Part shown: positions 56,912 to 64,000 of the stretch, piece after piece
Layout: each line of letters opens with the position of its first letter
How positions within the stretch are numbered: the first letter of the stretch is position 1
Origin: Candidatus Magasanikiibacteriota bacterium
GTDB lineage: Bacteria; Patescibacteriota; Patescibacteriia; Magasanikbacterales; GWA2-37-8
Assembly (NCBI GenBank): GCA_023246655.1
Contig: JAHFHX010000002.1
Span: forward strand, 31,693-95,692
Direction: 5' to 3'
Length of the DNA: 64,000 nucleotides
The notes under the pieces: generated by a model
Databases searched by the model: none
Told to the model about the DNA's origin: nothing
The model's input: only the letters and a program-made list of their open reading frames with translations
Made by a program: the position numbers and the translations under genes

Positions 56912-57304
56912 CACGGACGACGCCCAACTTTCGGCGTTGTGGACAACCAATTTGACCGGAATTTATACATAATATAAAATTAATTTAGTTCTTTCACAGT
57001 TTACTATCATGAGCGGTGCGAGGGAATCGGCCCTAAGACCACCCAGCAACCCCAGCTAAGTTTGGGGTGCTAATTCCGACCCTAAAAATAGGATAGGGAA
57101 AGATACGTCCCAATGCAGCTGTTGGAAATTGGCTTACATAAAGGCTCGTAACTCTTCCATCATTTTGGGGTTAGGAGCCTTTTTTGTTTTTAGCGAAAGA
57201 TATAGCACAGTAAATTGGCCGGACGATTGAATGACTTACTATAAGTTATACAACCGTCCGGGCAAAGCTGTTCAACCAAGCCCCGGATAGGATGGAGACC
57301 AGCG

Positions 57305-57496
57305 ATGGTCAGGCGTACCCCCGAGGAGATCGATAAGATCTCCGCCCCCAGCCTCAATTACAACCGCTTCACCACGGAGGAGGATGCCCGGCGCAATCGC
57401 GCCCGGCTCCCGCCGGACCATCCGCTCTATGAGCCCCTCCCGCCTGATGAGGCGTTGCGGGCTCTCTCCCCCACCCGCCCCCGCGCTTGCGCCTAG
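57305..57496 (+). CDS. Hypothetical 63-aa ORF in a about 65% GC islet.
   Basis: GGATGGAGaccagcgATG. Followed by a long hairpin. Confidence 0.3.
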   Translation: MVRRTPEEIDKISAPSLNYNRFTTEEDARRNRARLPPDHPLYEPLPPDEALRALSPTRPRACA

Positions 57497-57542
57497 CACC
57501 CCCAACCCTACTCTTGCGTTCCAAACTCGTAGGAGAGGCCGA

Positions 57543-57606
57543 GACGAGACCGCATCCCAGCTTATGTATTTAAATTTTTAAATACATAAGCTGCGGTCTC
57601 GTTAAT
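57543..57606 (+). terminator. Long imperfect hairpin terminator.
   Basis: gaccgcatcccagcttatgtatttaaa/tttaaatacataagctgcggtc. Confidence 0.5.
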
Positions 57607-57644
57607 TGGGCGCTCTACATCTGCCTACATAAGGCATTTTTTGT

Positions 57645-58937
57645 TTGCAAAAAAAAGATAAATCATGTAACGTGGAACACATGGCGTGTAAACTTACCGA
57701 CAGGTTCCACGTTTCACCTTATACGCTACATAATATGCTCGTTCTCGGTATCGAATCCTCTTGTGATGACACTTCCGTTGCCCTCGTCGACTGCTCCGAT
57801 CGAGGTCATGTTATTATTGCGGAAAAAATGGCGTCACAAATTGATATCCACACAAAATATGGCGGCGTAGTGCCAGAAATTGCCGGCCGGATGCATGCGG
57901 AAAAAATTGTGCCGCTCATTGAGGAGGTGATGAACGAGGGAAATAAGGAAATAAAGAAACAAGGAAATAGTGAGACAGTGGATAAACTAATTCATCCCGA
58001 CGTCATCGCTGTCACCGCCGGGCCGGGGCTCATCACGGGGCTCATTGTTGGGGTGGAGGCAGCGCGGACATTGTCGTATGCTTGGAATATCCCTCTGATT
58101 GCAGTGAACCATATTGAAGGACACATCCACAGCGTGGAAATTTCAAATAACAAATTCCAAATATCTTCCTTTCAATCAGGAAATGCAAATAAAATCCAAA
58201 ATCCAAAATCCAAAAACGATTCGTCTGCTCCCTACTCCCTACTCCCTACTCCCTTAATTGACTTCCCTGCCCTTTGCCTCGTAGTGAGTGGTGGTCACAC
58301 GGAATTAATTTCGATGAAAGATCATGGCGACTACAAAATTCTGGGGAGCACTAAAGATGATGCAGCAGGAGAATGTTTTGATAAGGTGGCTAAGTTACTA
58401 GGTCTCCCCTACCCTGGTGGACCGCAAATTTCACGGCTGGCAATGAGCGGGCGCACTGATGCGATTAATTTTCCGCGACCGATGCTTAAAGAAAAAAATT
58501 TTGATTTTAGTTTCGCTGGACTCAAAACTGCTGCCCTTTATTGGCTACGTGATAATGCGCAAACAGATTCTTCCACCTACCACCTACCACCTACCGGCCT
58601 AGCAGATTTCTGTGCTAGTTTTGAACAAGCTATTGTCGATGTATTAGTTGGTAAAGCCCTGCGCGCAGCTGAGGAAATTAAACCCAAAACGATTATCCTT
58701 GCCGGCGGCGTCGCCGCGAATAAAAAACTTCGCGAAACTCTCGGAGCACATATTCAATATCGTAATTCGGACGAACAGCCGTTTGCCCCTATAATCTACC
58801 TCTTACCAACTACCTCCTACGCCATGGACAACGGCGCAATGATTGCGGTGGCTGGATACTATCATGCCATCAAAAAAGAATTTACTGATTGGGATAAAAT
58901 TACGGTTGATCCAAATTGGAAAATAGAAAAATTATAA
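57645..58937 (+). CDS. tsaD: tRNA N6-adenosine threonylcarbamoyltransferase TsaD with low-complexity inserts.
   Basis: LVLGIESSCDDTSVALV...AVNHIEGHIHS...GGVAANKKLRE. Confidence 0.9.
   Translation: MQKKDKSCNVEHMACKLTDRFHVSPYTLHNMLVLGIESSCDDTSVALVDCSDRGHVIIAEKMASQIDIHTKYGGVVPEIAGRMHAEKIVPLIEEVMNEGNKEIKKQGNSETVDKLIHPDVIAVTAGPGLITGLIVGVEAARTLSYAWNIPLIAVNHIEGHIHSVEISNNKFQISSFQSGNANKIQNPKSKNDSSAPYSLLPTPLIDFPALCLVVSGGHTELISMKDHGDYKILGSTKDDAAGECFDKVAKLLGLPYPGGPQISRLAMSGRTDAINFPRPMLKEKNFDFSFAGLKTAALYWLRDNAQTDSSTYHLPPTGLADFCASFEQAIVDVLVGKALRAAEEIKPKTIILAGGVAANKKLRETLGAHIQYRNSDEQPFAPIIYLLPTTSYAMDNGAMIAVAGYYHAIKKEFTDWDKITVDPNWKIEKL
58191..58253 (+). repeat. Two adjacent 7-bp x3 tandem repeats (aaaatcc x3, then ctcccta x3) inside tsaD.
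   Basis: aaaatccaaaatccaaaatcc...ctccctactccctactccctactccc. The third array ccaccta x3 is at 58574-58596. Confidence 0.7.
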
Positions 58938-58954
58938 TTTATAAACTATAACGT

Positions 58955-59899
58955 ATGGATCTCAAAATTTTTTCCGCCTCAAGCCATCCAGAATTTGCCG
59001 AGGCAATTTGTCGCCATCTTAACTTATCGCTCGGCCACGCGCATAGCCAGGTATTTAGCAATGATAACCGTTTTGTAACGATTAATGAACCGGTTCGGGG
59101 GGCAGATGTATTTATCGTTCAAACAAGCTCGGCTCCGGTTGATAGTAATTTAGTTGAACTTTTAATGTATATTCGAACCCTTCGTGATGCTTCGGCCGGG
59201 CGAATTACCGCGGTGCTCCCCTACTTTCCTTATGTCCGTTCCGACAAAAAAGATCAGCCGCGCGTTTGCATTGCAGCGCGCTTAACGGCGGATTTACTAC
59301 AGACTGCGGGTGCAGATCGGGTGCTTACTATGGACCTCCACTCACCTCAAATTCAAGGTTTCTTTTCTATTCCTTGTGATCATCTGCTCGCGAGTCCCAC
59401 GATTATTAAATACCTCAAAGCGCATTGGAACTTAGAAAACTATGTACTGGTTGCCGGAGATGCCGGGGCAGCAAAAATGCTTAAAATTTATGCCGATGCT
59501 TTAGAACTCCCCGTAGCCATTATGGATAAACGCCGCGAAGGCAATAATGAAAAACCAACTATCAAAGGAGTAATTGGTGACGTGCATGGTAAAAAAGTAC
59601 TTCTCATTGATGATGAAGCCTCAAGTGGGCGTACGCTTATGCGTGACGTAGAATTTTTACTTGAAAAGGCCGAAGCGGTAAGCGCTGACGCCTGCATTGT
59701 GCATGCGGTACTCGGGGATGAAGCCGTGACAGCACTAAATACCTCTGCAATCAACCGTTTTGTTATTACCAACACTTTGCCGACCAATACAAAACCGCTG
59801 AAAAATAAAGAAGTAGTGGATGTAAGTCAGCTTTTTGCCGAGTGTATCCGTCGAATCCATGCCAATGAATCAATTAAGAGTTTAAATGATGTGGCGTAA
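58955..59899 (+). CDS. prs: Ribose-phosphate pyrophosphokinase.
   Basis: DLHSPQIQGFF...VLVAGDAGAAKM...VLLIDDEASSGRTL. Confidence 0.9.
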   Translation: MDLKIFSASSHPEFAEAICRHLNLSLGHAHSQVFSNDNRFVTINEPVRGADVFIVQTSSAPVDSNLVELLMYIRTLRDASAGRITAVLPYFPYVRSDKKDQPRVCIAARLTADLLQTAGADRVLTMDLHSPQIQGFFSIPCDHLLASPTIIKYLKAHWNLENYVLVAGDAGAAKMLKIYADALELPVAIMDKRREGNNEKPTIKGVIGDVHGKKVLLIDDEASSGRTLMRDVEFLLEKAEAVSADACIVHAVLGDEAVTALNTSAINRFVITNTLPTNTKPLKNKEVVDVSQLFAECIRRIHANESIKSLNDVA

Positions 59900-59953
59900 T
59901 AATACTTCATGCTTTTATTACAGTTTCTGCACATAATGAGAGGGGCGTGGCCG

Positions 59954-60385
59954 TTATTTGGAATTGGTAAACAATTTAAATCCGCGCACCCAATCATGGT
60001 GGTCTAAAAAAGCAAGGAGCACGCGCTGTTGCACACTTTCTAATATATCTTCATCATTGATTCGTATTTGCGCATCAGACATACCAGCGTGTCGCCTTGT
60101 TTCCGAATACAGCAACTTTCTTACGCATTCAAGAGTGTTAGCCTCCAACCGACTCCCCCAAATATTTGCTACATACCGTTCAAAATCCAGGTAACTGTTC
60201 AAAAACGCGGCCTGGTCGAGTTCTTGCTCGGTAATGTCTGGTTTAATCATTTCAAAAATTTTTTCGGCCAATTGCCTCCGTTCTTCCTGGCGCTTTTCCT
60301 CTTCCTGGCGTTTTTGCTTCCCGGCCTGGCTTACTGCGCTTTTTTCTTCAAACATATCCAGTGGGGTACCACGGTATCGTTTCAT
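59954..60385 (-). CDS. Hypothetical protein.
   Basis: 143-aa ORF whose stop overlaps the dnaE 3' end. Confidence 0.4.
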   Translation of the reverse strand: MKRYRGTPLDMFEEKSAVSQAGKQKRQEEEKRQEERRQLAEKIFEMIKPDITEQELDQAAFLNSYLDFERYVANIWGSRLEANTLECVRKLLYSETRRHAGMSDAQIRINDEDILESVQQRVLLAFLDHHDWVRGFKLFTNSK

Positions 60386-63300
60386 AATAATGAATTTAAA
60401 GCTGCCCTGACTTTGTCGGGGTCATTTATTTTATAGGTGGTTTTAATTCTCTTTTCTCCAACCTTAAGATATACTGTTTTGTCTCCTGGAGAGTTTCTTA
60501 AAATTTCTTTAATTGCTTCAGCTTTGGTTTTCATCTGTTCTGGCGACAAATTGATTTCAAAATTATTAGTATTTAATTTTTCTGCCACCTCTGGAGCAAC
60601 AAAATTGCGCAATGAACTCCCCCCATTATTAATAGCCAGCTGCTGCACCAAAAGCGGTAAGGTGTCTTTGCTTACAGTGTACGCTTTCTCCACAAATAAT
60701 TTATCATCGCCCTCATCTTCGGAGGTTTTACCTATTACGCAAACTGGTTTGCCTTCCACCCAAACCTCTTTGGTGGCTTCATAGGTGCGGGGAAATACCA
60801 AGAGTTCTAAGCTCGCGGTGGTATCCTGGATGGTGACAAACATCATAGGCTGACTGCTGCGAGTAATTTTCTTTTTGGTACTTTCAATGACACCGCCCAC
60901 TACTACCCACTGACCGCGCCCCTGGGCCCCGAGTTCGGTGATGGGAGTGAGGACAGAATGCAATAACTTTTGATATTCGGCAAACGGGTGGGCCGTGACA
61001 TAGAGACCAAGCAATTCCTTTTCCCACGCCATTTTCTCTTCAGAAGATGCTGGTGGGGCAGCGGTGAGTCGCACGGCATTGCTAAAGCCAACAGCAGTCC
61101 CTGCAAAAAGCGATGCTTGTTTGGTAGTAATTTCCTCGTGGTGACCTTTAATAAACGAAAGCAAATTATCTATATTAAAAAGTAATATTCCCCGATCATA
61201 CCCCAAGCTATCCATGGCGCCACATTTAATTAAACTCTCCAGTGATTTTTTATTAAGATCTTTATCCTGAACACGACTGAGAAAATTCTCTAAATTTGTA
61301 TACCGGCCATGTTCTTTGCGCTCACGATACATAACTTCAGCAATATGTTCCCCAAGATTTTTAATGCCATTGAGACCGAAGCGGATGTGGGCGCCGTTGG
61401 ACGAAATCTCCCTCTGATCTCTTCCTTCACTCCGCTCAGGATGGGCTCTTTGCGAAGGAGAGGCGGCGATGTTCTCCCTCGCCTCCGCAGACCGTAGGCC
61501 CTCCGAGGAGGGTGAGAGGGTGGGGGGAGAGGTCTCGCTCGCCACCATCGCAAAATTTTTAAAACTCTCATTGACATCTGGTGGCAGCACTTTAATTCCC
61601 ATCCGTTCACACTCATGAATAATCGGTGGTACCTTATCCACATCGCCACTTTCGGCAATTAAGACTGCCGTCATGTACTGAATGGGGAAATTAGCTTTCA
61701 AATACGCGGTTTGATACGCCACCACGCCATAGCTCGCCGCGTGGGCTTTGTTAAAACCATACGCCGCAAATGGTTCAATGAGCTCCCACAACCGATGGAT
61801 CTTTAATTCCGAAATTTTACCGTGTTCTTTGCAGCCTTTAAAAAATTTCTCTTTTTGTTTTGCCATCTCAGCCGGAATTTTTTTACCCATGGCTTTGCGA
61901 AATTTATCAGCCTCTTCCCAATTATAACCCGCGAGCTGAATGGCAGTAAGGAGCACATCATCTTGGTATACAATAAGTCCAAGCGACTGATCAAGATAGT
62001 CTTTCATACGGGGATCCAGATACTCAATGAGCTCAGGATGATTTTTACGGCGAATATATTCGGGGATTTGCTCCATAGGCCCCGGACGAAACAGAGCTAC
62101 CATGGCCATAATATCAAAAATAGTGGTAGGCTTAAGTTCTTTAAGATAGCGCGTCATGCCTGAGCCAGCTAATTGGAATACCCCTACGGTTTCCCCGCGT
62201 GCCAGCATGTCGTATGTTTTTTTGTCATCCCAGGGCTGTAAATTATGAATATCAACTTTCTGCCCCGTAGTTTTTTCCACAATCTCCACCGCATGCCCCA
62301 AAATTGAAAGGTTTCTGATGCCTAAAAAATCCATTTTTAATAGCCCGGCTGCTTCCACCGCATGCATTTCATATTGTGTCACAATTTTTTCTCCCCCACT
62401 TTCAAACTGTACGGGTGTAAAATCCGTAAAGGCGGTTGGAGCAATCACCACTCCGGCGGCGTGGATGGAGGTATGACGAGCGCACCCTTCTATCTTTTGA
62501 GCCAAATCAATGAGGCGCTTCACCTGAGGATTTTTTGTATATAATGCTTTTAGATCAGGTTCCAGATCCAGCGCCTTAGCAATGGTCATTTGAAACCCCT
62601 GCGCACCAAACGGAATCATTTTGGAAACCTGGTCACAAAATGAATAACTATACCCCAAGGCCCGGCCCACATCACGGATACTACCCCGGGCAGCCATGGT
62701 ACCAAAGGTTATAATTTGCGCTACTTTATCGGCACCATATTTTTGTGTCACATACGCAATCATTTCATCACGGCGGTCGTCGGCAAAATCAGCATCAATA
62801 TCTGGGGGGCTTGGTCGAAATGGATTAAGAAAACGTTCAAAAGGCAACTTAAAGTGAAGCGGATTAACACTCGTGATTCCCATGGCATAGGAGACAATGG
62901 AACCAGCCCCAGAACCACGCGTGGTTTCAATAATACTGTGGGTGCGAGCGTAATTTACATAATCCGCCACGACCAAAAAGTACGATGAATAACCTTTTTT
63001 GACAATGGTATCAAGTTCGTATTCCACGCGTTTAATTACTTCCTCGGTCATCTCGGTTAAAAGGGGCAGACGGTGGTAAACCTCGTGCCGAAGATACTCA
63101 TCGGCGGTTTGACCAGCGGGAATTTCAATCGCCGGAAAATGCCATTTATTTAATTTAAGTTTTAAATCAATACGCTCCGCAATTTTTACTGTATTTTCCA
63201 GCGCCTCGGGTAGATGTTTAAACCGGGCAGCGATTTCCGCGCCACTCGCCAAAGAATAATCAACTTCTGCCATGGTCGGACGGTTTGGTTCATCTACCGT

Positions 63301-63984
63301 TCGCCCAGCACTAATACACGTTAAAATATCTTGCGCCTCAGCGTCATCAGGATACAGGTAATGAGCGTCGCGAGTGACCACAAGGGGGATCTTGGTATCT
63401 TTGGAAAGTTTAACCAGCTGTGTATTGATCTCAATCTGACCGGAGAGATTTGGTAAATCATTTAATTCCAGATAAAAATTATTTTCCCCAAAGATATTTT
63501 TGTATTCAAGGGCAACCTGTGTCGCTTTGCTATAATTGTTCTCTTTTTTAATGAGCGAGGGAATCTCTCCTTCTAAACATCCGGACAAACCGATAAGACC
63601 TTCATGGTGGTCCTGGATACTTTGTTTGGTAAGAACCGGCTTATCTTTAAGCCCCTTAAGATGCGCGACCGATACTAACTGCAACAAATTTTTATAACCA
63701 GTATAATTCTCTGCCAATACAACCAAGTGGTAATACTTGTGCTCGGTAATATTTTTATCATCCAAATTATAGGGTGTTACATAAATCTCTACACCAATAA
63801 TCGGTTTAATTCCCGCGTCCTCGCATGCTTCATAAAATTCAATTGCCCCATACATATTAGCGTGGTCAGTTAAGGCGAGCGCTGTCATACCTTGGCGCTT
63901 AGCAGCCTTAACCAGCTCATCAATTTTGGGGATGGCATCAAGAAGCGAATAATGCGAGTGAACGTGGAGGTGAACGAAATCCAT
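60382..63984 (-). CDS. dnaE: DNA polymerase III alpha subunit DnaE with an in-frame GC-rich insert.
   Basis: PHP N-terminus MDFVHLHVHSHYSLLDA. 1200 aa. Insert reads SPPTLSPSSEGLRSAEARENIAASPSQRAHPERSEGRDQREISS. Confidence 0.95.
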   Translation of the reverse strand: MDFVHLHVHSHYSLLDAIPKIDELVKAAKRQGMTALALTDHANMYGAIEFYEACEDAGIKPIIGVEIYVTPYNLDDKNITEHKYYHLVVLAENYTGYKNLLQLVSVAHLKGLKDKPVLTKQSIQDHHEGLIGLSGCLEGEIPSLIKKENNYSKATQVALEYKNIFGENNFYLELNDLPNLSGQIEINTQLVKLSKDTKIPLVVTRDAHYLYPDDAEAQDILTCISAGRTVDEPNRPTMAEVDYSLASGAEIAARFKHLPEALENTVKIAERIDLKLKLNKWHFPAIEIPAGQTADEYLRHEVYHRLPLLTEMTEEVIKRVEYELDTIVKKGYSSYFLVVADYVNYARTHSIIETTRGSGAGSIVSYAMGITSVNPLHFKLPFERFLNPFRPSPPDIDADFADDRRDEMIAYVTQKYGADKVAQIITFGTMAARGSIRDVGRALGYSYSFCDQVSKMIPFGAQGFQMTIAKALDLEPDLKALYTKNPQVKRLIDLAQKIEGCARHTSIHAAGVVIAPTAFTDFTPVQFESGGEKIVTQYEMHAVEAAGLLKMDFLGIRNLSILGHAVEIVEKTTGQKVDIHNLQPWDDKKTYDMLARGETVGVFQLAGSGMTRYLKELKPTTIFDIMAMVALFRPGPMEQIPEYIRRKNHPELIEYLDPRMKDYLDQSLGLIVYQDDVLLTAIQLAGYNWEEADKFRKAMGKKIPAEMAKQKEKFFKGCKEHGKISELKIHRLWELIEPFAAYGFNKAHAASYGVVAYQTAYLKANFPIQYMTAVLIAESGDVDKVPPIIHECERMGIKVLPPDVNESFKNFAMVASETSPPTLSPSSEGLRSAEARENIAASPSQRAHPERSEGRDQREISSNGAHIRFGLNGIKNLGEHIAEVMYRERKEHGRYTNLENFLSRVQDKDLNKKSLESLIKCGAMDSLGYDRGILLFNIDNLLSFIKGHHEEITTKQASLFAGTAVGFSNAVRLTAAPPASSEEKMAWEKELLGLYVTAHPFAEYQKLLHSVLTPITELGAQGRGQWVVVGGVIESTKKKITRSSQPMMFVTIQDTTASLELLVFPRTYEATKEVWVEGKPVCVIGKTSEDEGDDKLFVEKAYTVSKDTLPLLVQQLAINNGGSSLRNFVAPEVAEKLNTNNFEINLSPEQMKTKAEAIKEILRNSPGDKTVYLKVGEKRIKTTYKINDPDKVRAALNSLL
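61430..61550. repeat. Family-C GC-rich insert in dnaE.
   Basis: cCCTCCgaggagggtgagaGGGTGGGGGGAGAGG... Confidence 0.45.
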
Positions 63985-64000
63985 ATTGAAAATGTCTAAT

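Overview
The window is AT-rich (about 40-45% GC) and looks like a compact, reduced bacterial genome with Candidate-Phyla-Radiation-like features: a 23S-IVS four-helix-bundle protein, a GxxExxY protein, multi-CARDB surface proteins and a split ComEC. It is densely packed with housekeeping genes, mostly on the minus strand: ksgA, tsaC, prfB, groES/groEL with a CIRCE operator, yidC, nusA, an ECF sigma factor, leuS, fpg, trxA, infB, truB, rny, two hup genes, tsaD, prs and dnaE, plus two tRNAs (Glu-TTC and Met-CAT). Seven features stand out. (1) At least three families of about 50-150 bp palindromic mini-elements are inserted about 20 times. Most are in frame inside essential genes (ksgA, tsaC, leuS, comEC, fpg, dnaE and others), in the manner of Rickettsia palindromic elements. 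One family-A element carries a GIY-YIG nuclease gene in its loop. (2) LeuRS carries an internal YdeN/RBBP9-like alpha/beta-hydrolase domain that splits a zinc knuckle. (3) A monocistronic 88-aa protein that is about 41% methionine sits beside an island of msrA, three msrB paralogs, ccdA and TlpA-like redoxins. (4) Several small GC-rich (60-66%) islets carry their own sigma70-like promoters, strong SD sequences and hairpin terminators. (5) A block of hypothetical genes with atypical composition is bracketed by the two tRNAs. (6) Leaders of several housekeeping genes are built from repeated, dyad-symmetric hexamer words. (7) Three 7-bp x3 tandem repeats lie inside tsaD. Protein functions are inferred from recognisable motifs only. 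No similarity searches were run.
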